Origin: Octopus sinensis
Taxonomy: Eukaryota
Assembly (NCBI RefSeq): GCF_006345805.1
Contig: NW_021835284.1
Span: 1-40,552, forward strand
Direction: 5' to 3'
DNA: 40,552 nucleotides
Notes under the pieces: model-generated
Told to the model about the DNA's origin: nothing
Database searches by the model: none
What the model saw: the letters and a program-made list of their open reading frames with translations, nothing else
Shown: positions 1-11,308 of the stretch, one piece after another
Layout of the letters: the number at the start of each line of letters is the position of its first letter
How positions within the stretch are numbered: the first letter of the stretch is position 1
Translations under genes and position numbers: made by a program

Positions 1-765
1 TATATATATATATATGTATATATAAATTGTGTGTATGTAGGACAAACAGATGGTAGATACAAGTGTATATAAGTGAGAAAAAGACAGTGTCAGGATACAT
101 GCATATGTATGTGTGTATATATATACAGACATAGATACATATATACACACACACACTCATATTTTGAGCATAGTCTACGCACAACATACATATCAATGTA
201 TACATAATACTACGTACTCTAGAAAATTATGAATGAAAACACATAGTGGAACCACCTGTGAATAAGAGGAGGAGGAGGAGTGTGAGAGAGAAAATGAGAG
301 AGAGAGAGGGAGAGAGGGGGGTTGAAGGGAGAGTGACAGGAGGGAAGAGAGAAGGGGAGGTTACATAGATAAAGAGATTTCATTCACAAGTACTCTGCCT
401 GAAGTGATGGGTGCGCACGGCTGCACATGTGCATGAGTGTATGTGCATATATGTGTGCAGTACTATTGATTCATTGTTTACGTATGCACATATTAGTGAG
501 CATGCATGAACGAACAGCGATATAAATAAATAGACAAGTCTATGAAAGCATATAAAAACTATATAATCAATAATAGCGTGTATATAGATACCACTTCACG
601 CATGTATATATATATATGTGTGTGTGTGCGTGTGTAGATATTTGTGAGTGAATGTATGTTTCCATATGTGTGCATGTATACATATCCGTATGAGAGTTTG
701 TGTACATATATGTGTCTGTGTGTGCATTTGTTTAGACAGCATACATACATCCATGTACATGCATA

Positions 766-1070
766 TGGAGGCATATGGCTTAGTGGTTAGAGCAGTGGAC
801 TCGTGGTCGAGGGATCATGGGTTCGAATCTCAGACCGGGCGACGTGTGTGTTCATGAGCGAAAACACCTAAGCTCCACGCGGATCCAGCAGAAGGTAATG
901 GTGAACTTCTGCTGACTCTTTCGCCACAACTTTCTCTCACTCTTTCCTCCGGCATCTTGCATCCCACCTGCGACGGATGGCGTCCCATCCAGGTGGGGAA
1001 CCTATCCGCCAAGGAAACCGAGAAACCAGCCCTTATGAGCCAGGCATGGCTCAAGAAACAACAAACAACA
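766..1070 (+). mobile_element. tRNA-derived SINE, family C (single near-complete copy)
   Basis: A-box TGGCTTAGTGG and B-box GGTTCGAATCTC; internal hairpins at 886-914 and 963-997; ends in an (AAC)-rich tail. Confidence 0.8.
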
Positions 1071-1080
1071 TACATATAGC

Positions 1081-1413
1081 TTTTACTTGTTGCAGACATT
1101 GGACTGCAGCCATGCTGGGGCACAGACTCAAGTCTTTAGTCGAATAAATCTATCTTGGTGATAATTTTTTAAGCCTCTACCAAGATAGTGACATAAACAA
1201 ACCAACACCGGTTGTCAAGTGGTGGGAAAACACAGACACACACACACACACACATATATATATATGATGATGATATACACAACAGGCTTCTTTCAGTTTC
1301 CGTCTACCAAATCTACTCACATGGCTTTGATTGGCCCAAGGCTTATAGTGGGACTGAACCTGGGACCATGTGCTTGGGAAGCAAACTTCTTACCACACAG
1401 CCATGCCTGCACC
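1081..1413 (-). mobile_element. tRNA-derived SINE family A, diverged and internally deleted
   Basis: Aligns by eye to the copies at 23551 and 39257 (ctttcagtttccgtctaccaaat, gggactgaacc, taccacacagcca). Confidence 0.85.
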
Positions 1414-1557
1414 CATACCACACAGCCGCTTCAGCACCTATATCTGCTAAAGCCCTAGATTTAGTGAACAAAAGCTGGAAAAAGAATGCCGTGTGTGTTT
1501 GTGTGTGTCTGTCTGTCTCTCTGTCTGTCCGTCTGTCCTTGTTTTGACACATACATT

Positions 1558-1602
<45 letters not shown>

Positions 1603-1758
1603 CAAGTAAGAACATAAACATGACTACAATACAGAAGAGCGTAGCTTTGGAATTGGGGTGGTTAGAATACCCTGTTAATAGAGGAAAGATTGCTTGTGTT
1701 TCTGTGGCTCTGTGCCTGTATGCATCATTTCCTGAGTGTAATTGTGTATGATTCTATA

Positions 1759-1798
<40 letters not shown>

Positions 1799-2249
1799 TG
1801 TGTGTGATTGCATGTGTGTACGAACATGTGAATGTAAGGTGTTAAACCATAACATACTAGGCCTGATCTGTAAAAACCAAATATTTTTTCTGTGTGTGTG
1901 TATTCCTGCATATCTGCATCTGTCTTGCGCAAATAAATCATGTGTGGTGTGTGTGTATGCATATATTTATGCATACATGTATTTGTCTTGTGCAATCAAA
2001 ATCTTGTGTGGCATGTATCGTGCATGTTTGTATCCATCTTGCACAAACAAATTGTGTGTATTTTGCATGTGTATATTGCACATATGTGCACATATGCAAA
2101 TTAATCAATTAGAACATGCAAAACACACACACACACAACACACAGAGCAAAGCTGTGTGTGTGTGTGTGTGACTTGTAAAATGATAAGCGAAGTCAGTGC
2201 ACATGTATGCACATATGTGCACAGTGCATGTATGAGTGTGTGTTTGTGT

Positions 2250-2367
2250 GTACATGTAAAAATATAAACCAACTAGTGTGTATGTATGAATGTGTGTGTG
2301 TGTGTTTTCTGTTGTGTGTGTGTGTGTACATGTAAAAATGTAAACCAAGTCAGTGTGTATGTATGAA

Positions 2368-2399
<32 letters not shown>

Positions 2400-2438
2400 C
2401 ATGTAAAAATGCAAACCAAGTCAGTGTGTATGTATGAA

Positions 2439-2470
<32 letters not shown>

Positions 2471-2820
2471 TACATGTAAAAATGCAAACCAAGTCAGTGT
2501 GTATGTATGAATGTGTGTGTGTGTGTGTGTGTGTGTACATGTAAAAATGCAAACCAAGTCAGTGTGTATGTATGAATGTGTGTGTGTTGTGTGTGTGTGT
2601 GTGTGTGTGTACATGTAAAAATGCAAACCAAGTCAGTGTGTATGTATGAATGTGTGTGTGTGTGTGGTGTGTATGTGTACATGTAAAAATATAAACCAAC
2701 TAGTGTGTATGTATGAATGTGTGTGTGTGTGTGTTTTTTTGTGTGTGTGTGTGTGTGTGTACATGTAAAAATGCAAACCAAGTCAGTGTGCATGTATGAA
2801 TGTGTGAGTGTGTGTGTGTG
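2250..2820. repeat. Minisatellite, 8 units of 65-82 bp
   Basis: Constant core gtacatgtaaaaatgcaaaccaagtcagtgtgtatgtatgaatg starts at 2250, 2326, 2397, 2470, 2535, 2609, 2677 and 2759, separated by variable (TG)n. Confidence 0.95.
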
Positions 2821-3229
2821 ATTTTTAAGAATGCATCTGAAGCTCAATACGCTTGTATGCATATGCACATCAGTGCATGTCTATTTTTGTATGTGACATG
2901 TTACAGCCAAACCGTGCATGCATACGCATATATGCATTTGTGTATGTATGTGCGCACATATCAGAGCAAGCTTGCATGTGTGCACGTATGTGCATGTGAG
3001 TGCGTGTGTGTGTGTGCGTATGTACATGTGCATGCACGTGCGAGACCGTTTGCCGGTCTGTTCATGCATGAACACGACTGCGCAGAGAACAGAGATTGTC
3101 AATGCATTTCAATGACGACTAAAGAGATCAGCTCTGAATTTGAGGAGTCTACAAACGCAATGATGTGCTGTGACAACACATTGTCTTAACGTCCATTAAT
3201 GTGACAACTACAAAGGATTGCGGTTACGA

Positions 3230-3990
3230 GTGGTGGTGGTCGTGGTGGTGGTGATGTTGGCGGTATTTAGTGGCATTGCTGTTTACTGAGGTGGTGGGAA
3301 GTGGCGGTGTTAAGTGGTAATGGTTGTGGCAGTGTGGGTTATGGATAGTAATAATGGTGGCGGCAGTGCTGGTAGTAGTTGTTAGTAATGGTGGTGGCGT
3401 TGGTAGTAGTGGTGATGGTGGTGGTGATGGCAGTGCTGTGGTAAGTGTTAGTGATGGTGGTGGTGGTGGTGGTGGGAAAGTGGGTTGTGAGTAGTAATAA
3501 TGCTGGTGGTAGTTGTTAGCGATGGTGGTGGCATTGGTGGTGGTAGCAGTGTAGGTTGTAGGTACTAATAATGGTAGTGGTAGTGTTGGTGGTAGTTGTT
3601 AGTGATAGTGGTGGCGTTGGTTGTGGTGGTGGTGTGGGTGGTGGTGGTAGTGCTGTGGTAAGTGTTAGTGATGGTGGTGATGTTGGTGGTGATGGTGGCA
3701 GTGTGGGTTGTGGGTAGTAATAATGGTGGTGGTAGTCGTTAGTGATGGTCGTGGCAGTGTTGGTAATGTTGATAGTGGTGGTAATGGCAGCAGTGTTGGT
3801 AGTGGCTAGTGGTGATAGTATAGGTGGTAGTCATTAGTAATGGGGGGTGCTGTTGGTGGCAGTGGGGTGGTAGTGGTTAGTGGTGATGGTGTTGGTAGTG
3901 TTGGTGGTGCAGTTGGTAGTTACTGATGGCATTGGTATTGGTTACTGGTGGTAGTGTTGGTAGCAGTGGTGGTGGTGGTGGTGGTGGCAG
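3230..3990. repeat. Degenerate (GGT/AGT)n low-complexity tract
   Basis: Triplet periodicity; internal duplication agtgctgtggtaagtgttagtgatggtggtg near 3432 and 3649. Confidence 0.9.
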
Positions 3991-4414
3991 AAGGGAGAGG
4001 CATGCCCCCACCCCCCCCTACCGCCCTGGAAACCTCAAAACCCACACCAGAAATAGCAGCAACAAAAAGGAAAAGACAAGAAAACAATGCAACAGGACAA
4101 AAAAAATTAATAGGACAAAGACGAAGATAAGAAGAAAGCCAACCCCCCCCCCAAAAAAAAAGAACAAGAAAGAAAGGAAGGAAGGAAGGAAAGAAAAGGC
4201 AAAAGGGAAAAGGAGGATGGGAAAAGATCAATATTGGACTGGAATGTCATAAGGCTGAAGTATAAGAATGTCTCTTATCTGTGACAGCTTCAATAATTCT
4301 TATGGACCATAATTACAAAGGCTAAATGAAGTGTTTTTTTTAAGATGGAGTGTGAAAGAGAGAGAGAGAGAGAGACTGGACTGGACTGTGTATATATGCA
4401 TATATATGTATATA

Positions 4415-4654
4415 TACTCTTTTATTTGTTTGTTATTTGACTGTGGCCATGCTGGAGCACCGCCTTTAGTCGAGCAAATCGACCCCAGGACTTATTCTTT
4501 GTAAGCCTAGTACTTATTGCATCAGTCTCTTTTTGCTGAACCGCTAAGTTATAGGGACGTAAACACACCACATCGCAGTTGTCAAGCGATGTGGGGGGGG
4601 GACAAACACAAACATATACACACACATACATAATATGTATATATATAGGTATAG

Positions 4655-4711
<57 letters not shown>

Positions 4712-4750
4712 TATATGTGGGTGTGTATATATATATATAATGTGTGTGTA

Positions 4751-4799
<49 letters not shown>

Positions 4800-5059
4800 A
4801 TATATATATATGTGTATATATATATATATAATATATATATATATATGTATAATATACACATATATATATATACAACACACGCACACATATACGATGGGCT
4901 TCTTTCAGATTCCATCTGCCAAATCCACTCACAAGGCCTTGGTAGGTCTGAGTTTATAGGACTATAAACAGAAGACATTTTCCCCAAGGTGCTACGCAAT
5001 GGGAGTGAACTGGGAACCATATGGTTGGGAAGCAAGCTTCTTACAGCACAACCATACCT
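4415..5059 (-). mobile_element. SINE family A with expanded internal (TA)n
   Basis: Both halves of family A flank about 270 nt of TA/CA repeat. Confidence 0.9.
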
Positions 5060-5175
5060 TCGTGCCGGTACATACAGAAAAAAAAATTTACAACAAAAAA
5101 AAATAAAATACTAACAAAAAAATTTTGTAAATACAAATGTGATATAAAAACCAAAAGGATATAAAATGTGCAAAC

Positions 5176-5230
5176 AGAAAGAAAGAAAGAAAGAAAGAAG
5201 AATGAAAGAAAGAAAGATAGAAAGAAAGAT

Positions 5231-5265
<35 letters not shown>

Positions 5266-5290
5266 AAGAAAGAAAGACAGAAAGAAAGAC

Positions 5291-5325
<35 letters not shown>

Positions 5326-5460
5326 AGGGAAGAAAGAAAGAAAGAAAGAAAGCAGAAGGGAAGAAAAAAAGAAAGGTAGAAAGAAAGAAAGAAAGAAAGA
5401 AGGGAAGAAAGAAAGAAAGAAAGAAAGAAAGGAAGGAAGGAAGAAAGAAAGAAATGAAAT
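5176..5460. repeat. (GAAA)n polypurine microsatellite
   Basis: Seen directly. Confidence 0.95.
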
Positions 5461-5838
5461 GAGAAAAAGATTTTATTCAAAACCTGTTACACTGACAGGG
5501 CAAGGATGGTTTCCAATTGAGATTATTAATTACCTTTAATTAGCACATGTCATTTATTCGAAACTGGTAAAATATATCCATTCACACAAATAATCCTAAA
5601 GAGTCTTGCATCACTTGAGTAGCAAGATGTTAATGAAAATTGGCAGCTAATTATCAGAGTTACTCCCCTACCCCACACCCCACCTTACTACTAAAGCCCT
5701 TCTCTCTGTCTCTATCTCTCTTTCTCTTTAACCTTTTTCTTTTCTTCTTTTAACCTATGGTATGTCTCTCCTCTGCCAGGAATATCCACCAAATGTCACT
5801 ACACACCTCCACTGATAATCATCGTCTGATAGTCTAAC

Positions 5839-6178
5839 CAGGGCTGGATTAAGAAAGACCCGACAAGATTTTGATCCCCCGCCCCATATATATGTAATTC
5901 AAAATATAAACAATAATGAACCATAAAATAAAATTTTCCTTTTTCAAAATGAAACAAAACTAGGACGGAAAAATAATGTTTAGCTTTGTATAATTTCACT
6001 TTATTTATATTTGAAAAGCAGAATTTTTTATCAAGTCCTCAAAATTCCTCTTATGTAAAACATCTGCTTCTATAGAGGGCTGGGTTAAAACTCATAGAGG
6101 TCCAAAGCATTTAAAAAATTTTGGTGCCCCCATAAAAGATTATGTAATACAAAATATAAACAATAATAAACCATAATT
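5839..6178. mobile_element. Two tandem copies of one end of an unclassified, possibly hAT-like DNA element
   Basis: agggctgg(a/g)ttaa...cccc...atgtaat(t/a)caaaatataaacaataat(g/a)aaccataa occurs at about 5840-5925 and 6076-6177. The class is a guess. Confidence 0.4.
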
Positions 6179-6403
6179 ACGGAGATGTACTTGCTAGTAA
6201 GTGACCTGATCTGAGATCGTGTGCTGGAATGAAATCAATTGCAGCGTGGAAGGTGTTTATAAGCTATTTAAAAAACACACAAAATCCGTTAGATTCACTT
6301 CAAGAGTTAAATTTAATTTGCCAAAATATTTTCGGCGCTTTGAGACTTCGACCTGTTCACTGACAAAATTCCGTCAGTACAGAATTCTGTCAGTGAACAG
6401 GTC
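6179..6403 (-). mobile_element. Penelope-like element terminal (pLTR) fragment with short inverted duplication
   Basis: Contains a minimal hammerhead fold and a fold-back at 6350-6403; both are typical of Penelope-like termini. Confidence 0.6.
6317..6367 (-). ncRNA. Minimal type I hammerhead ribozyme-like motif, G3-C8 core variant
   Basis: Minus strand reads UUUGUCA-GUGAACA-G-GUCG(aagucucaaag)CGCC-GAAA-AUAUU-U-UGGCAAA. Stem I is 7 bp (one G-U); stem III is the palindrome AAUAUU; stem II has one mismatch. Confidence 0.6.
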
Positions 6404-6549
6404 TAAAAATGTTGCCATTTTTCGGTGTATTTCAACCAAAAAAATGTTCACTTAAAGAGAATAACAAGCTATATAATGCAAAATTTTTACTTTTCAAAAA
6501 TTCCAATTATAAAGGGTCGAAAAAAACTCGAGCAACGCCGGGCAATACT
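6404..6549 (+). mobile_element. Helitron 3' fragment, same family as 13049-13450
   Basis: Near-identical reverse complement of about 13054-13200, including the subterminal hairpin; the terminal CTAG is missing. Confidence 0.85.
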
Positions 6550-6935
6550 CTTTACTCTTACTTGTTTCAGTCATGTGACTGTGGCCATGCTGGAGCACCA
6601 CCTTTAGTCGAGCAAATCGACTCCAGGACTTATTCTTTGTAAGCCTAGTACTTATTCTATCGGTCTCTTTTTGCCGAACCGATAAGTTACGTGGACATAA
6701 ACACACCAGCATCGGTTGTCAAGCGATGTTGGGGGGTGGGGGGACAAACACAACATACAAACATACACACATATATATATACATATATACAACGAGCTTC
6801 TTTCAGTTTCCGTCTACCAAATCGACTCACAAGGCTTTGGTCGGCCTGAGGCTAAAGTAGAAGACACTTGCCCAAGGTGCCACGCAGTGGGACTGAACCC
6901 GGAACCATGTGGTTCGTAAGTAAACTACTTAACAC
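6546..6935 (-). mobile_element. SINE family A, near full length
   Basis: Close match to 23551-23956. Confidence 0.92.
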
Positions 6936-7012
6936 AAAATTCTTTGCTATTTTCGAAATAAATTGCAAACAAGCTTTGTATTTCAGCAGAAATTTGGTAA
7001 CAGAAGGGTTAA
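6936..7012. mobile_element. End of a piggyBac-like MITE
   Basis: Ends ...ggtaacagaaGGG-TTAA (7006-7012); similar to 7190-7255 and 16068-16130. Confidence 0.55.
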
Positions 7013-7069
7013 ATTTTGTATGGCCCTTGTAAGTCTCAGTGTTTTGTCTTGTAATAATTCACTAAAGAC

Positions 7070-7258
7070 TGCCTCCTGGTTCCATCATATAAACTTCCTC
7101 TCTTTACGATGATCTAAATTAAAACCTTCAATCAAAATTCCATGTTAATTTGTTCTGAATATCACAACTTAATAACAACAAAATTATTTCACTAAAATGG
7201 CTCGGTGTTTTCAAGAATTAATTGAATGCAGAAAAGGTAAAGTATTTCAACAGAGAAA
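7070..7258. mobile_element. Internal fragment of the same AT-rich MITE family
   Basis: Shares ttttcaa..att..tg...gtatttcaacaga with 6936-7012 and 16025-16135. Confidence 0.45.
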
Positions 7259-7654
7259 AAAAGATTTTAAATATTGTCTGTCTCTCCTCTGCCAAGAATG
7301 TCCACCAAATGTCACTGCCAAACCCCCCCTGCTCATCCCATTCCAAAACCACCTACACCTAGCTAGCCATCGTCAGCTGACACTCTGGCCCAAAATCCAA
7401 TTGGCAAATATTCAACTGAAATCAAAACCAAGTCTTTTTTTTTTTTTTTGATTCCATCCCAAACTGAAAATGGTAACCATTTTTATTTTCGTCATTTTCT
7501 TTTTAGTGCTGCATATTTTGTGGTGGTGGTGGTGGTGGTGGTGGTTTGAGGTATTTAGTTCCATTCCTCTATGTTACAGGTTCGAATCTCACTGGGGGAT
7601 CAAATTTGCATTTCGTTATACCAGGATCGTTAAAATATGTATCATAAAAAAAAA

Positions 7655-8425
7655 ATGACGATGATAATAATGAAGATAATTTTGAAGATGATAACAATGA
7701 CATTTACGATGATGATGATGATATAAATGAAAATGACGATGATGATGATTATAATAATGACGGCAATAATGATGATGAAGATGAAAATAATGAAAACAAA
7801 CACGATTATGATGATTATGCTTATGGACATGATGATTACGATGATAACCATGATGATGATGATATTGCTAATATGATGATAATAGCAATAACAATGATAT
7901 GTTCATGACAATGAGGATGGCGATAACAATGATGATAAGGAAGATGATGATGAAAACAATACTGATAGTGATGATGTTGATGATGATGGTGATGACGAGG
8001 ATGATGATGACAAGGATGATGATGACGAGGATGATGATGACGATGTTGATGATGATGACGATGATGACGATGATGATGGCGATGATGATGATGATGTTGA
8101 TGATGATGATGATGATGTTGGTGACGAAGATGATGTTGATGATGACGATGTTGATGATGATGATGATGGTGACGATGATGATGATGTTGATGATGATGAC
8201 GATGATGATGACAAGGATGATGAGGATGATGATGATGATGACGATGTTGATGATGACGACGAGGATGATGATGATGACGATGATGATGATGAGGATGATG
8301 ATGACGATGGGGATGATGATGACGAGGATAATGATGATGATGACATTGTTGATGATGACGATGACGTTGATGATGATGATGACGAGGATGATGATGATGT
8401 TGATGACGACGATGATGATGACATC
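7655..8425. repeat. Long imperfect (GAT)n trinucleotide repeat
   Basis: Seen directly; source of the poly-M and poly-S ORFs. Confidence 0.95.
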
Positions 8426-9025
8426 ATGAAGAGATGCTAAAATACCAAACTACTCTTGACCAGGCATAATAATAATGTTCAGCTTCAGTTTTTCATAATT
8501 ATCAATTACTCAATAATTTCAATCAATGTTATTTATTCATCATTTTTTTATTTCTATTAAACAAGTTTTTCCCCCTTTTTTTTTAATATTCATATTGTAT
8601 TTTTTTATATTTTCTTCTTTTGTTTTCAGAATACAATAATTGTTTTTTTTTTGGTTTTTTTTGGAAAATACTATAATTATTAAGTAATTAACAAGTAATT
8701 TGAAGCTAAAATAAACGTATGAATGCAAAAGTGTTGTTATTTAACCCTAGGTCAGTTAGACTGAGTAGGAACACAATCAGAAGTATTCACCAAGATCATT
8801 ACATTTATTTTTTTTTTCCAGACACAAGTGTATCTAGGACTACACCTGCAACCCAGTTCAAGCAAGAGACCCCTTAAACATTCCATCTTCTACAGCAAAG
8901 GTCCCAGGGAAAAATCATAAAGGAGGCAGAGGGAGCATGGATGATAGACTGAGTGTTTGATGCTAAACAGTGACAGCTGCTACCTGTTATCTTTTATCAC
9001 TGGACTGAGGTCATGCTGAGTCAAC

Positions 9026-9090
9026 TGAAATTTTGGTGGAGTGGGTTAGTCAATTACATCAACCCCAGGTGCTTGACTGGTCCTTTATTT
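9026..9090 (-). mobile_element. SINE family B 3' fragment, diverged
   Basis: gaaattttgg...ttagtcaattacatcaaccccag...actggt matches the 3' end of 35588-35801. Confidence 0.6.
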
Positions 9091-9126
9091 CAAAAGTGAG
9101 CTCTGTGGAATATGAACTCAGACCGT

Positions 9127-9446
9127 ACCTTGGGCAAGTGTCTTCTACTATAGCCTCAGGCTGACCAAAGCCTTGTGAGTGGATTTGGTAGACGGAGACT
9201 GAATGAAGCCCGTCATATATATGTATATATATGAGTGTGTGTGTGTGTGTCGGTGTTTGTCCCCCCAACATCGCTTGACAACTGATGGTGTGTTTACGTC
9301 CCTGTACTTAGCGGTTCGGCAAAAAAAAGACCGATAGAATAAGTACTAGGCTTACAAAGAATAAGTCCTGGGGTCAATTTGCTCGACTAAAGGCGGTGCT
9401 CCAGCATGGCCACAGTCAAATGACTGAAACAAGTAAAAGAGTAAAA
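9127..9446 (+). mobile_element. SINE family A, 5' truncated
   Basis: Runs from ccttgggcaagtgtcttctac to the tail aagtaaaagagtaaaa. Confidence 0.92.
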
Positions 9447-10549
9447 CACAGACTGATGGAACCATACAATATTTTAACCTTTCTTTCAATTAATTTTCAC
9501 CCTTTTGAGACAAGGTGTTTTGGTACCTGTAACCAAAAAAACCAAACTTTTTTTTCCTATTGAGATACATCTACTGAAAGACTATCTCTAGCTTATTAGA
9601 CTTCAAAACCAACCAATCACAACATTTGTTCCACAGGGGCCATGGATCGGCCTCAAAGTTCAAAGCCCTTTCAGCTTGTATCACTTGGGCCCATGAAGAT
9701 GTAATCAATGAATTGGCCTGGGTGTCCCCAGAGGATTAAGCACAAGGACACTAAATTTGAGAGGAGGGGTTAGTCAATAAGACAGGAAAAAAAAAAAAAA
9801 GAAACATTTGGCACACATTCCTTGCTATCTGTCTAGCAAGAAAACATAGGGTGCTGGGTAGATGAATGAGGGGAAAGGAAAACAGGCCAAAAGTTAAATT
9901 AGGTGACTAGGGAATATACTACCGCTGCTGCTGCTGCTACTGTAATGATAAGTAGGGGAAGACAAAATGGGAAAGATAAATGGCAGGGTGGATAAGGACA
10001 CTAAGAAAGCATAAGGAGGAGGGGAAAAGGGTGGGGTGGGGTTCGGAGAAAGAGGAGACAAAAAAGAAAAAAGATCAGAGGAGGGGAGAGAGAATGTGTG
10101 TGTGTGTGGGGGGGGAGAAACTATGAAAAAGCATGCAAAAAGTAGCTGACAGTGACGGGGGGGGGGTGTATCTGGTGGTGGTGGTGGTGGTGAAAAATAT
10201 GATAGTGATGATAGTGTATATGGTATAAATATGTGGGGGTAACATGATGGGTGGTGGTGGTGGTGGTGGGGTAAGTGCCAGATGTGGTGGATGGAAGCAA
10301 GGGCAAAGGAGTTGAAGGCAGAGGTCAGAAACTGAAAGTGGGAGAGAGGGGCAGAGGTAGAGTTAAAATTGCGGGAGGGGGGGAGTTAGCTAGGGGTGTG
10401 GGTTACTGAGGGCTTGAGAAGTAAACAGACAGATATAGATATATGTAGGTAGATATTAAGGAGATAAAGCTCTGCTAGATGGATAGATTATAAATAGATA
10501 TGTATGAAGACATGTTGATAGTCAGATAGACAGATCTAGAGAGGGAGAG

Positions 10550-11265
10550 GGAGAGAGACAGACAGATAGATAGAGAGACAGATGGAGGGAGAGACAAACA
10601 GAGAGACAGACAGATAGATAGAGAGACAGATGGAGGGAGAGACAAACAGAGAGACAGAGAGATAGATAGAGAGACAGATGGAGGGAGAGACAAACAGAGA
10701 GACAGAGAGATAGATAGAGAGACAGATGGAGGGAGAGACAAACAGAGAGACAGAGAGATAGATAGAGAGACAGATGGAGGGAGAGACAAACAGAGAGACA
10801 GAGAGATAGATAGAGAGACAGATGGAGGGAGAGACAAACAGAGAGACAGAGAGATAGATAGAGAGACAGATGGAGGGAGAGACAAACAGAGAGACAGATG
10901 GAGGGAGAGACAAACAGAGAGACAGAGAGATAGAGAGAGAGACAGATGGAGGGAGAGACAAACAGAGAGACAGAGAGATAGATAGAGAGACAGATGGAGG
11001 GAGAGACAAACAGAGAGACAGACAGATAGATAGAGAGACAGATGGAGGGAGAGACAAACAGAGAGACAGAGAGATAGAGAGACAGATGGAGGGAGAGACA
11101 AACAGAGAGACAGAGAGATAGATAGAGAGACAGATGGAGGGAGAGACAAACAGAGAGACAGAGAGATAGATAGAGAGACAGATGGAGGGAGAGAGAGACA
11201 GAGAGATAGATAGAGAGACAGATGGAGGGAGAGACAAACAGAGAGACAGACAGATAGATAGAGAG
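10550..11265. repeat. 48-bp purine-rich minisatellite, about 15 units
   Basis: Unit gagagacagatggagggagagacaaacagagagacagagagatagata; a few units are shortened to 28, 40 or 44 bp. Confidence 0.95.
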
Positions 11266-11308
11266 GGATAGATATAGACAGTTGACAGACAAATAGATAT
11301 AAATAGCT

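Noticed and set aside
766-840. tRNA gene
   Set aside because: A and B boxes are present but there is no acceptor stem or T-run terminator; it continues into a SINE body. The same applies to the other SINE heads.
2250-2820. CRISPR-like repeat-spacer look
   Set aside because: The spacers are (TG)n, the context is eukaryotic, and there are no cas genes.
3039-3074. 13-mer inverted match to 14749-14761 and the 16-bp palindrome tgttcatgcatgaaca
   Set aside because: 13-mer matches are expected by chance in 40 kb; the palindrome lies beside a TGCA-rich repeat and has no other support.
6425-6607. Duplicated peptide MYFNQKNVHLKRITSY (also 12990-13184)
   Set aside because: Chance ORF in two copies of one non-autonomous Helitron.
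8880-9020. Possible host exon after ttccatcttctacag
   Set aside because: Only an acceptor-like motif; no recognisable protein or matching donor.
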